A DNA stretch of 64,000 bases from Patescibacteria group bacterium (lineage in GTDB: Bacteria; Patescibacteriota; Patescibacteriia; SG8-24), in assembly GCA_041667185.1 (NCBI GenBank), contig JBAYFM010000002.1, forward strand, positions 23,432-87,431. The letters run 5' to 3'. Each line of letters opens with the position of its first letter. Positions within the stretch are counted from its first letter, which is position 1. The notes beneath the pieces were generated by a model. The model was not told the origin of the DNA and did not search any database. It saw only the letters and a list, made by a program, of their open reading frames with translations. Made by a program: the position numbers and the translations under genes. Below are positions 46,058 through 57,576 of the stretch, piece by piece.

Positions 46058-46333
46058 TCATTTCTTGCGCCAAACGTTGCAGACGCGCAATATTTCCTTG
46101 ATGAACCGGTCGCGTTCACCCTTGCTCTTCGACGCCAAGGCGACGCCGCACGTGCGAAGATGACTTTCGAGGATCAGGTTGTTGGCCTGCTGCAGGATGC
46201 CGATCACGGCGTTGTTCTGCTGGATGATGTCCATGCAATAACGATCGGCTTCCGCCATCTTAATGACGGTGTCCAGCTGGCCGCTGGCTTTTTGCAGGCC
46301 TTTTTTCACCTGACCGGCGTATGGTTCGATCAT
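46058..46333 (-). CDS. csoR: CsoR/RcnR-family metal-sensing transcriptional repressor (copper-sensitive operon repressor)
   Basis: 91 aa. The DUF156 helical bundle with the conserved C-H-C ligand set (RYCMDIIQQNNAVIGIL...ESHLRTCG). Confidence 0.8.
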   Translation of the reverse strand: MIEPYAGQVKKGLQKASGQLDTVIKMAEADRYCMDIIQQNNAVIGILQQANNLILESHLRTCGVALASKSKGERDRFIKEILRVCNVWRKK

Positions 46334-46359
46334 AGGTCTGATGATTAATGTTGTGGAGG

Positions 46360-46383
46360 ATACCCCAACCTATGGTATAGGTT
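46360..46383. promoter_or_regulatory. Candidate CsoR operator: inverted repeat ATACC-N9-GGTAT overlapping the perfect palindrome AACCTATGGTATAGGTT
   Basis: Located 27-50 nt upstream of the csoR start codon (minus strand). The ATACCCCAACCTATGGTAT symmetry resembles known CsoR operators of the TACCC...GGGTA type. Confidence 0.4.
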
Positions 46384-46860
46384 ATCAGTTGTGCTCGGAC
46401 GCGTCAACACCCATACCCCCGACCAAACGATGTCATATATTCAATCCCGGATCGAAAATTACAGAAACAATAAATGACCGTTTTAGGGCAACAACGGGCA
46501 GGATCAGCCTGGACTTCCTTTGAGTTATCCAGCATCCCTTGTCTTCCTATGAAGCCAATACCCTTTCAGGGGCCTTCAGAAGCCGGGGCCCAGACCCAAA
46601 CTCAGCAGCTCCCTATTAAAATGAAGCACTGCCTGTAGGGGGAGGGATTTCTGCTCCCCCACTTTGTCCGTGATTCACATCGCGGACTGCGGTTCCTCCG
46701 GTTTCGCTCGCGTAGGATTAGAGATCGCTTGCAAAACCCCGGGCGGCCCTTGCCGCCCGTGCGACACTCGCTAGCTTGCGTCGCACCCCGGGTCATCCGC
46801 TGCGTGCCATACCAGGCACGCCGCGTCTGTACCCTTCGAATCCCTCTTATATAAAGAACC

Positions 46861-46885
46861 GCCTTCCGCCTGAAAGGCGGAAGGC
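46861..46885 (-). terminator. Terminator hairpin immediately 3' of tRNA-Ser
   Basis: GCCTTCCGCC-TGAAA-GGCGGAAGGC is a perfect 10-bp stem followed on the minus strand by GGUUCUUUAUAUAA. Confidence 0.6.
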
Positions 46886-46891
46886 AGTTCT

Positions 46892-46979
46892 TGGCGGAGG
46901 GGGAGGGATTCGAACCCTCGATACCTTGCGGTATACTCGCTTTCCAAGCGAGCGCACTCGACCACTATGCGACCCCTCC
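46892..46979 (-). tRNA. tRNA-Ser (anticodon GGA), long variable arm, CCA encoded
   Basis: Manual fold of GGAGGGGTCGCATAGTGGTCGAGTGCGCTCGCTTGGAAAGCGAGTATACCGCAAGGTATCGAGGGTTCGAATCCCTCCCCCTCCGCCA. Acceptor GGAGGGG/CCCCTCC, anticodon stem CTCGC/GCGAG with loop TTGGAAA, 16-nt variable arm, T-arm GAGGG-TTCGAAT-CCCTC. Confidence 0.85.
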
Positions 46980-47089
46980 AAAGGTGCTGGTCGAGACGTC
47001 AAAAATTGTTCGTGGGGATATTATACGCTTCTCCCCTATTCTTTCAACTCGCGTGCCCGAAAAACGGCAGACAAGGCCATCAGCCGAGC

Positions 47090-47563
47090 TTAAGGTCCGT
47101 GCCGCAGGAACAGCACGCCGACCGCGAACAGATACAAGATATAAGTCGTAGTCAGGGCGGCGATCCAATTCTGGCTGACCGGCTGCTTCGAGCGTTGATT
47201 GGCCGAAACGAACAGCGCCAGACAACCGCCGATGAGACCAGCATCACGGACAGTCGCGTCGCTGACGCCGGCGAACAGACAGATGAGGATCAGGTAGATG
47301 GCCGCAGCCGCCGCGATGACCCGCGGCCTCCGTCCGGACAGGAAAAAGAAACCCATGGCCAACTCCAGGGAACCGATGCTGAACATGACCAGACTCGGAC
47401 CAAGCAGGGTGATCGGCCAGATCCACAGATCGAACCAGGCCTGCCAGGCTCCGGGATGAACCCACTTGTCCAGGCCGAACCACAGAAAGACGCTACCGAC
47501 GGCAAAACGCAATATCGTCACCAGGAAATCTTCTTTGTAGCGGCGAAACGGAAAGATGTTCAT
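47090..47563 (-). CDS. DoxX-family membrane protein
   Basis: 157 aa. TILRFAVGSVFLWFGLDKW matches the DoxX N-terminal signature. Four TM helices. Confidence 0.6.
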   Translation of the reverse strand: MNIFPFRRYKEDFLVTILRFAVGSVFLWFGLDKWVHPGAWQAWFDLWIWPITLLGPSLVMFSIGSLELAMGFFFLSGRRPRVIAAAAAIYLILICLFAGVSDATVRDAGLIGGCLALFVSANQRSKQPVSQNWIAALTTTYILYLFAVGVLFLRHGP

Positions 47564-48360
47564 GTGCGTGAAGATGCGGCCGCGGCTTCAGGAGCCGCGA
47601 TCCCGATCCGCGGCAAGACCCGTCTCAGTGCGATGACGCCGCTGACGCAGGCTGCCAGGGACAGATATTGGGCGGGTGTCAGGAACCAGAGACGCGCGTC
47701 GGACTGCGGCAGATCCCAGACGCGCAGAAAATCCAAGCCGAACCGCGTGGCGCCGTAGATCGCCAGATACCAGAACAGCCACGGCTCCGCTGATCCGGAT
47801 CGCGAGCGGCTGCGCGCCAGGAAAAACAGGAAGATCCCGAGATTCAGGAGCGCCAGCAGCAACCCGTGGTCGAGGCGACCGCCGCCGGGATAAGCCACGG
47901 CCAGGAACGACGCCGAGCGGATCCCGGGATGGTCGTGGATCAGGAAGCAGCCGATCCGGCCGATCGCGCAGCCGAGCGGCAGAGCGAAAGCGATCAGATG
48001 GGCGTAAGGCAGGAACGCGACCCGGTGCCGGCGGCAGTACCACCAGCCGGCCAGGGCGCCGCCAAGGAAGCCGCCGTAGATCGACATGCCGCCCTGCCAA
48101 ACGCGGACCGCCAGCAGCGGATCAGCGAACCAAGCCAACGGATCGTAAGCGAGCAGATAAAGCAGCCGCCCGCCGAGCAGTCCGCCGAGCAGCATCCAGG
48201 CGGCGAGGTCGAGCGCGAAACCGCGGTCCAATTTATAGCGACCGGCCAAACGATAGATCAGAGCCAGCGCCGCGGCGATGCCGGCGGCCACGAACAAGCC
48301 CCAGACCTGGATGGTCAGCGGGCCGACGGCAAAATTAGTTCGATCAAAATACGGGATCAT
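47560..48360 (-). CDS. lgt: Prolipoprotein diacylglyceryl transferase Lgt
   Basis: 266 aa. The Lgt signature region GGMSIYGGFLGGALAGWWYCRR and the conserved LGCAIGRIGCFLIHDHPG are present. Confidence 0.9.
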   Translation of the reverse strand: MIPYFDRTNFAVGPLTIQVWGLFVAAGIAAALALIYRLAGRYKLDRGFALDLAAWMLLGGLLGGRLLYLLAYDPLAWFADPLLAVRVWQGGMSIYGGFLGGALAGWWYCRRHRVAFLPYAHLIAFALPLGCAIGRIGCFLIHDHPGIRSASFLAVAYPGGGRLDHGLLLALLNLGIFLFFLARSRSRSGSAEPWLFWYLAIYGATRFGLDFLRVWDLPQSDARLWFLTPAQYLSLAACVSGVIALRRVLPRIGIAAPEAAAASSRT

Positions 48361-48392
48361 TCGGGTTTCGCCCTCGCGGGATCAGATCAGGG

Positions 48393-48851
48393 TCAGATGG
48401 CGCCGAGCCGCCTCAAGGCCCGCCCGTACTGTTTGACGGCCTTATAGGCCAGGCCGCCGTCCAGATGATAAGTGGCTTCGTGGACGAGCTGATTGCGGAT
48501 CCTGTGCGCCCACCAGACCTCTTTCAGTTCCGGATGCTTGTAGCAGACGAATTTCAGGCGCTCGCCCAGGGTCTCGCCGGGCATGGCGAGCGACTTCAGG
48601 GCCTGATCGAGCAGTTTGTCGGCCTCGATGATGGCGAGTTTGTGGCTCACTTCGCCCGGCGCCTTGAGCAGGACGACGATCTCCCGCCAGCGCCGGCGCA
48701 TCGCCTCCAGATCATTGCGTTCGAAACGGTGCGAGGCGATGAAATTCCTGACCTTGCCGACGATCATCACGAACAGGAAAATACCGACCACGGCGAAAAG
48801 GATGCCCGGCAGGTAGCGCCAGACCGAAATGAAGTCGATGGTCAGGGTCAT
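48393..48851 (-). CDS. Hypothetical membrane-anchored protein
   Basis: 152 aa. N-terminal TM (LPGILFAVVGIFLFVMIVG) and a helical cytoplasmic domain. Confidence 0.5.
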   Translation of the reverse strand: MTLTIDFISVWRYLPGILFAVVGIFLFVMIVGKVRNFIASHRFERNDLEAMRRRWREIVVLLKAPGEVSHKLAIIEADKLLDQALKSLAMPGETLGERLKFVCYKHPELKEVWWAHRIRNQLVHEATYHLDGGLAYKAVKQYGRALRRLGAI

Positions 48852-48857
48852 AGGATC

Positions 48858-49382
48858 TTAGATGCCGGCCTGCCAGCGGACCCGGACCAATTTATCGCCT
48901 TTGGACCAGATGATGCTCAGGCGGCCGCCTTTCCGGGCGCTGTCCAGCTGTTTGCCGATGGAGACCGCGAGCTGGTTCTCCGAGGTCAAGACGCGCAGTT
49001 TGCCGGCCGACTTCTCGATCTTGACGATGCGCTCTTCGGGATCGCGCGACGCGGCGCGCCGGCCGACGTTCTCGACGAGCTGGACGATCTCCGCGAGCAA
49101 AGCCTTGTCTTTGACACCCTCAATCATGACCTCGCCGGCGTAATCGCCGCGCTTCTGTCTCTTGAGTTTGCATTCGCTGCACAACATCTCGGGCAGCTTC
49201 GAAACACTGATCCCGGCCGGAGCGCGGAACTGCGAGTACCACTGCTTGTTGGAATAGACCGCCCGGCAATCCGGACAGACAGCGCTGTGGGCGCCGGCTG
49301 TTGCCGGACCATTGGAACGAAGACGCCGCCCGCCGGCGATGCCGCGGCGGCCTTTCTGAACCCTGTTCGGAGAGACTGACAT
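48858..49382 (-). CDS. Zinc-ribbon protein (CxxC...CxxC), possibly NMD3-like (weak)
   Basis: 174 aa. AVCPDCRAVYSNKQWYSQFRAPAGISVSKLPEMLCSECK then a ~100-aa alpha/beta domain. Confidence 0.4.
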   Translation of the reverse strand: MSVSPNRVQKGRRGIAGGRRLRSNGPATAGAHSAVCPDCRAVYSNKQWYSQFRAPAGISVSKLPEMLCSECKLKRQKRGDYAGEVMIEGVKDKALLAEIVQLVENVGRRAASRDPEERIVKIEKSAGKLRVLTSENQLAVSIGKQLDSARKGGRLSIIWSKGDKLVRVRWQAGI

Positions 49383-49416
49383 AAGGTTTGGTAACGATTA
49401 ATAACGAATTGATCGA

Positions 49417-50862
49417 TCATTTGATGGCCGTGGCTGCCTCATACGCCCGCGCGGCCCGGAGCACGGTCGCCTCGTCGAAATGCCGGCCGATGATCTGCAG
49501 GCCGACGGGCAGGCCGGCCGCGGTGTTGCCGCAAGGCACGCTCACCGCCGGCAGGCCGGCGACATTGACCGAGACGGTGTAGACATCAGCCAGATACATC
49601 GACAGCGGATCGTCGGTCTTGGCGCCCAGGTCCCACGCCGGAATGGGCGAGGTCGGCGTCAGGAGACAATCAACCTCGGCGAAAACCTTCTCGAAATCGC
49701 GCAGGATCAGCTGGCGGACCTTCTGAGCGCGCAGATAGTAAGCGTCGTAATAACCCGAGGAAAGCGCGTAAGTACCGAACATGATGCGGCGCCGCACTTC
49801 CTGGCCGAAGCCCTGGCCGCGAGTGGCACGATAGGTCTCTTCGAGCGTCGGGCCGGCCGCGCGCAGCCCGTAGCGCATGCCGTCAAAGCGGGCCAGATTG
49901 GCGCTGACTTCGCAGGGCATGAGGATGTAATAGACCGCGAGCGCGTAATCCGCGTGCGGCAGGCTGACCTCGCGGATCTCTGCGCCGCGTTCTTTGAGGA
50001 CCTCGATGGCTTTTCTCACGGCGCTTTCGACCTCCGGATCCATGCCCGAGACGAAATATTCTTTGGGCAGTCCGATCTTCAGGCCTTTGACGTCGGCGGT
50101 GATCTCCGGCGGCAATAACGCCTCCGGCTTCAGGACGACGCTGGTCGAGTCATGCGGATCGCGGCCTTCGATGGCCGCGAGCAGCAGCGCGGCATCGGCA
50201 ACAGTGTTGGCGAACGGACCGATCTGATCAAGACTGGAAGCCATGGCCATGAGGCCATAACGGGAAACGCGGCCATAGGTCGGCTTCAGGCCGACGACGC
50301 CGCACATCGCCGCCGGTTGGCGGATCGAACCGCCGGTGTCCGAACCCAGCGCCAGCAGCGCCGAGCCTTCGGCCACGGCCGCCGCCGAACCGCCGGAGGA
50401 ACCGCCCGGGATCTTGCCCAGAGCCCGCGGATTCCGCGTGGGTCCGAAATGCGACGACTCGGTCGACGAACCCATGGCGAACTCGTCCATGTTGGTCTTG
50501 CCGATGATGACCGCGCCCGCGGCTTTGAGCTTTCCGATGACCGTGGCGTCATAAGCGGCCGCATAGTCTTTCAGGATCGCCGAACCGGCCGTGGCCCGCT
50601 GGCCGGCCACGAGAATATTGTCCTTGATCGCGACCGGGATGCCGTCGAGTCCGGAGAGCGGCGCGCCCTGGGCGAAACGTTTGTCCGACTCAGCCGCCGC
50701 GGCCAGCGCGTCTTCGGAGCACAGCGTGATGTAGGCGTTGGTGGTCTTTTGCCCGGCCTCGGCGATCTCAAGACAAGCCCGCACCGCCTCGGTGCTGCTG
50801 ATCTTGCGTTCTTTCAACCGCGCGGCCAGATCGGCGGCGGAACTCAATTCCGGTCTCTTCAT
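49417..50862 (-). CDS. gatA: Glutamyl-tRNA(Gln)/aspartyl-tRNA(Asn) amidotransferase subunit A
   Basis: 481 aa. Amidase signature GGSSGGSAAAVA and the Ser-cisSer-Lys triad context (KDNI..., GKTNMDEFAMGSS). Confidence 0.9.
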   Translation of the reverse strand: MKRPELSSAADLAARLKERKISSTEAVRACLEIAEAGQKTTNAYITLCSEDALAAAAESDKRFAQGAPLSGLDGIPVAIKDNILVAGQRATAGSAILKDYAAAYDATVIGKLKAAGAVIIGKTNMDEFAMGSSTESSHFGPTRNPRALGKIPGGSSGGSAAAVAEGSALLALGSDTGGSIRQPAAMCGVVGLKPTYGRVSRYGLMAMASSLDQIGPFANTVADAALLLAAIEGRDPHDSTSVVLKPEALLPPEITADVKGLKIGLPKEYFVSGMDPEVESAVRKAIEVLKERGAEIREVSLPHADYALAVYYILMPCEVSANLARFDGMRYGLRAAGPTLEETYRATRGQGFGQEVRRRIMFGTYALSSGYYDAYYLRAQKVRQLILRDFEKVFAEVDCLLTPTSPIPAWDLGAKTDDPLSMYLADVYTVSVNVAGLPAVSVPCGNTAAGLPVGLQIIGRHFDEATVLRAARAYEAATAIK

Positions 50863-51164
50863 ATTTGCTGCTGATCAAAAACAGCTTGGACCTTGAGCAG
50901 ATCGCCTTCGCGTTCGGGAAATGCTTCGATCAGCCGGCGGCGGACGGCTTCGTCCGCAACCGCCAACTCGTCGGGCCGCAGCACGTTCACGACCGGAACG
51001 ACATGCGCCAAAGGCTCGACCCCGGCGATATCGGCCCGGGCCAGCACTTCGACATATTCCAAAATATCCGAAAGCTGGCGGCTGAAACGCTCCGCTTCCT
51101 GGCCGCCGAGCTGGAGCCGGGCGAGTTTCGCGATATGTTCGACCTGGACGGCCGTGAGCTTCAT
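50859..51164 (-). CDS. gatC: Glu/Asp-tRNA amidotransferase subunit C
   Basis: 101 aa. VEHIAKLARLQL...ILEYVEVL is the typical GatC pattern. 4-nt overlap with gatA. Confidence 0.85.
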   Translation of the reverse strand: MKLTAVQVEHIAKLARLQLGGQEAERFSRQLSDILEYVEVLARADIAGVEPLAHVVPVVNVLRPDELAVADEAVRRRLIEAFPEREGDLLKVQAVFDQQQI

Positions 51165-51176
51165 AAGACAAGCGCG

Positions 51177-54138
<2,962 letters not shown>

Positions 54139-54144
54139 ATTTTA

Positions 54145-54747
54145 TCAGCGTCCGTAACCGCGGCTTTCCGTGGTCGTCTGCAGATAGACGATCGAGCGTT
54201 CGCGCGGATCCTGGCCGGCGCTCTCGAGCACCAGCACGACCGTGACGTGAGGCTGCACATCGGCTTCGAACCTGCCGGAAACACTGTTGAAGACCGACGG
54301 ATCGACATCGGGCATGACGTAAAATCTGAGATTGCGCAGGATCACTCCCTGGGGCGTCGCGGTCACCGGTTCGCCGCCGTCGACCGCGAGGCGCAGGCAC
54401 GGACTGCTCACGGGATCGGCGCAATTCTCGGTACTCGAAAAAAACCTGATCTTGCGTCCGAGGCTGTCGATCAGCGCCAGGGCCTCCACCGGACCGGACG
54501 CCGACAGATCCATCTCCGCGTAATCGATCTGCCCGGTCCGCACCACGCGCGAGATTGTCTCCATGGTGAACCGGGCGTCGGCCTGGGCCCGCTCGAGCGC
54601 CACGACCTTCCGCTGCGAGCGGCTCGACATCATGAAGATATCCGTCGCCGAAATGACCACCGTGGAGAAGATGCCCAAAACGACCAGCATCTCCATCAAG
54701 GTGAAGCCGCGCGCCGCCGCCGGACGTTGGTGTCTGCCATGATCCAT
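54145..54747 (-). CDS. Type IV minor pilin / pseudopilin (prepilin N-terminus)
   Basis: RGFTLMEMLVVLGIFSTVV is the class III signal peptide cleavage/methylation motif (G|FTLxE). Confidence 0.65.
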   Translation of the reverse strand: MDHGRHQRPAAARGFTLMEMLVVLGIFSTVVISATDIFMMSSRSQRKVVALERAQADARFTMETISRVVRTGQIDYAEMDLSASGPVEALALIDSLGRKIRFFSSTENCADPVSSPCLRLAVDGGEPVTATPQGVILRNLRFYVMPDVDPSVFNSVSGRFEADVQPHVTVVLVLESAGQDPRERSIVYLQTTTESRGYGR

Positions 54748-54749
54748 GT

Positions 54750-55415
54750 TCAGCGCCAGTTATACATCTGCTCGACGATCTCGAGCCGCCGGGGCCGGCT
54801 GCTCGACAGCCACTGGACCCGGGACCTGACCCGGACGCCGATCTCTTCGCCGGCGCAAACGACGCCGGATTCCAGGATCGTCACCATCCCCGCGACGTCG
54901 CACAGGACATCCGTGGTCACGAGCCGGCGAAACGGCGAGACGACGGTCCCGGCGGGCTGTTCCGCCGCCTGGACATAAAGTCCGACCGTCGCCGCCGGCT
55001 CGGCGGAATTGGAAACATAACGATAGACCTGGGCGGCGTCGTCTTCGATCGCGACGACCGCTCCGTAATCCAGCGACCAGCGGCGATCAGCGGGCGAAAA
55101 AGCCGGGATCGCCGTCCGATCGGCCGCCGCTCCCGCGAGCCCAAGGCTCCATTCTTCCCCGGCCAGCCAGTTGGAGTCCCGAACCATGCGCGCGATCTCG
55201 ATCCCCTCGCGCGCCAGATTGGCGGCGATGATGCCGGACTCGCTTTCTTTTTCCGCACTCACCGACGCCGAAACCAGGGTCAGCGAGGACGACACGGCGG
55301 TCGCGATGATGCCGCTCGCGATGATGGCCTCGATCATGCTCTGGCCGAAACCGCGGCGCCGGAACGGCGTCTTTCCCTTTGCGGTCATCCTGCGCAGGTC
55401 GAACATAATGATCAT
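54750..55415 (-). CDS. Type IV minor pilin / pseudopilin (degenerate prepilin N-terminus)
   Basis: RRGFGQSMIEAIIASGIIATAV has prepilin-like G|F...E spacing. Confidence 0.55.
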   Translation of the reverse strand: MIIMFDLRRMTAKGKTPFRRRGFGQSMIEAIIASGIIATAVSSSLTLVSASVSAEKESESGIIAANLAREGIEIARMVRDSNWLAGEEWSLGLAGAAADRTAIPAFSPADRRWSLDYGAVVAIEDDAAQVYRYVSNSAEPAATVGLYVQAAEQPAGTVVSPFRRLVTTDVLCDVAGMVTILESGVVCAGEEIGVRVRSRVQWLSSSRPRRLEIVEQMYNWR

Positions 55416-56029
55416 TCGGCGCTTATCTGTCCGGACAAGCTGTTGATGAAGACCCGCTTGGTCGCGCCCGTCTGGCTGTGGCGCAGGGTGACGGTGGCGA
55501 TGGCCGTTTCCACGGTCTGGTTGAAATAAACGGTCGTGGCGTTGGGCGCAAAGACGATATCCAGGTTTCCGCCAGCCTCCGGCGCCAGCGCGCTGACGCC
55601 GACGAGCGCTCCCGACGACACCGGCTCGCGCCGGATCTCTTCGCCGTCGTCAAAACCGTAGTCGCGATCCAGATCGGCGAAAGTGATGATGACGCGCTCG
55701 GACCCGGCGACGGTCGAAAGCCGGATGCCGTAACCGCCCGGCGGAACCTCTTTGACGCAGGAACCTTCCAGGCACTCCGCGCTCGCGCCCGACGGGCACA
55801 GCCGCGTTCCGGTCGATTCGCCGTCCTTGCGGCAATAAGAAACCGTCTGCCCGGCCACAGCCATGGTCTGGATCCGACGGACTGAACTCGCCACGAGCTG
55901 GCTCGACAGGCGCAATTCATCGCCCTGGCCGCCGACGCGCAGATTCGCCATCACGAAACCGGTGATCACCGCAAAGATCGCGAGTGACACCAGCATTTCT
56001 ACAAGAGTGAAACCGGACCGGTCGTTCAT
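55412..56029 (-). CDS. Type IV minor pilin / pseudopilin (GspH-like)
   Basis: Start at MNDRSGFTLVEMLVSLAIFAVITGF (prepilin motif). Confidence 0.65.
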   Translation of the reverse strand: MNDRSGFTLVEMLVSLAIFAVITGFVMANLRVGGQGDELRLSSQLVASSVRRIQTMAVAGQTVSYCRKDGESTGTRLCPSGASAECLEGSCVKEVPPGGYGIRLSTVAGSERVIITFADLDRDYGFDDGEEIRREPVSSGALVGVSALAPEAGGNLDIVFAPNATTVYFNQTVETAIATVTLRHSQTGATKRVFINSLSGQISAE

Positions 56030-56796
56030 AGCAGCAGGCCGAGATACCAATCAACCAGCGGCTGGCCGTAAAGCAAGGTGACCAGCGTCGCGGCGGCGAG
56101 AAACGGCCCGAAAGGCAATTGGCTCTTGAGTTGTTTGCGCTTGGCGGCGAGCAGGACGAGGCCGACGGCGGCGCCGGAAACATAAGCCAGAAGCAGCGCC
56201 ACGAGCACCATGGGCCAGCCCAGGATAGCGCCCATGAGCAAGCCGATGTACATGTCCCCGCCTCCGACCCAGCGCCCCTTGGACAGTGTGTGCTGGAGCC
56301 AGAAAAAACCTCCCGCCACGATCATGCCGATGGCGAGCAGGCTCCAGCGGTAGCCGAGCCACAGGTTGCCCAGGGCCAAGATGACGGTGGCCGGCAGGGT
56401 CACCGAGCGCAGGACCAGGAAATACCGCAGGTCATAGACGAAAACCACGGTCAGGATAGCGATGGCGTACCAAGCCAACAGCAGGTGCGAGATTCCGAAC
56501 GCGGCGACGGGCGGCCAGACCCGGGCGGCCAACAGGAAAGCGGCCGCTACGGCCAATTCGACCCAGAGGTACTGCGGCCCGATGGCCTTGCGGCAATGAC
56601 GGCAGCGGCCGCACAGCATGAGGTAGCTCACGATCGGCACGAGATCAACGGCCTCCAGCGTCTCGCGACACTGCGGACAATACGATCGTCCGACGATGAA
56701 ACTTTCTCTCGTCCGCAGACGCCAGATCACGGCATTCAAAAAACTGCCGATCACCGCGCCAAAGAAGAAAATGAAGACCTGTTCGGCGATGCTCAT
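56026..56796 (-). CDS. pilD: Prepilin peptidase (A24 family, PilD)
   Basis: Start at MSIAEQVFIFFFGAVIGSFLNAVIWRL. N-terminal Cys tetrad (CPQCRE...CGRCRHC) and the catalytic Asp regions in TM segments (...GGGDMYIGLLMGAILGW). Confidence 0.85.
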   Translation of the reverse strand: MSIAEQVFIFFFGAVIGSFLNAVIWRLRTRESFIVGRSYCPQCRETLEAVDLVPIVSYLMLCGRCRHCRKAIGPQYLWVELAVAAAFLLAARVWPPVAAFGISHLLLAWYAIAILTVVFVYDLRYFLVLRSVTLPATVILALGNLWLGYRWSLLAIGMIVAGGFFWLQHTLSKGRWVGGGDMYIGLLMGAILGWPMVLVALLLAYVSGAAVGLVLLAAKRKQLKSQLPFGPFLAAATLVTLLYGQPLVDWYLGLLL

Positions 56797-56935
56797 AGGC
56801 CTTAATAATAGCACCATCAACCGGTTTAAAATAGGTCCGGAGACAAAAACCCTCCGTTTTGAACGGAGGGTTTTTGCTTGCTGAATTCAGCTTGGTCCAA
56901 GACGATCCCGAAAGACCATCGAGAACCTAGGAACT

Positions 56936-57433
56936 TTAACGGATACCGGTCGGATCAGCCGTCCGGACGCCGCTACCCAAACCGCCAACCTTGTTGCCAA
57001 GGCAGAACGCGATGGAGTAAGAAGTCCCGTCAGTGCTAGCGTACACGTACGGATTGTTGTCCACAGTGCAGTCCCCATCCTGAGGCGTCGGAGCGCTCGG
57101 GACAAGGCCCATATAGACGGTGTCGGTGCCGGCGCAAACGGATTTGAAACCGCAATCGCCCGCGGCCGCACACGCGTTATCGCTGCAGATCGCCTTCATG
57201 TTGGTATCCGTACCGAGGAGCGACTCGCCGGTCGGCGGCAGCGGATAGCCGTTAAGATCGGCGAAGTACAGCTCGAGGGCTGTCTGAACCTGCTTGGTAT
57301 CGGCAACGCGCTTCGAATCGCGCGACTTCTGCCGGGCGCTGTTCAAGGCGACGACGGCGAGGGTCGACAGCAAACCAATGATGGCGATGACGACGAGCAG
57401 TTCGATCAGTGTGAAACCTTTCTTGTTGTTCAT
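56936..57433 (-). CDS. pilA: Type IV major pilin (PilA-like)
   Basis: KKGFTLIELLVVIAIIGLLSTLAVVALNSARQKSRDSKRVADTKQVQTALELYF is a canonical type IVa pilin N-terminus. The C-terminal part has Cys pairs for disulfides. Confidence 0.8.
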   Translation of the reverse strand: MNNKKGFTLIELLVVIAIIGLLSTLAVVALNSARQKSRDSKRVADTKQVQTALELYFADLNGYPLPPTGESLLGTDTNMKAICSDNACAAAGDCGFKSVCAGTDTVYMGLVPSAPTPQDGDCTVDNNPYVYASTDGTSYSIAFCLGNKVGGLGSGVRTADPTGIR

Positions 57434-57576
57434 AGTTACACCCCCCCTCGTGTTAAAGATAACCCCTGATATCAGGGCCGTATCATTGTGGGCTTATCCA
57501 CAAAAATACGCACATATATTATATCATCTATGCGCGCAGGCTACAATCAATTTCCGCTTATTTGGCCAAGCGAACG

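Noticed and set aside
46341-46523. 60-aa plus ORF upstream of csoR
   Set aside because: It lies in the csoR promoter/operator region, has no RBS and no recognisable features. It is likely non-coding.
46560-46890. tmRNA, SRP RNA or RNase P RNA in the hairpin-rich region next to tRNA-Ser
   Set aside because: Checked by eye for the tmRNA 5' GGGG...3' ...CCACCA ends and resume codon region, the SRP domain-IV GGAA tetraloop context (only a weak CCGGAGGAACCGCAG resemblance), and RNase P P4 motifs. No convincing match. Kept only as an unclassified structured region.
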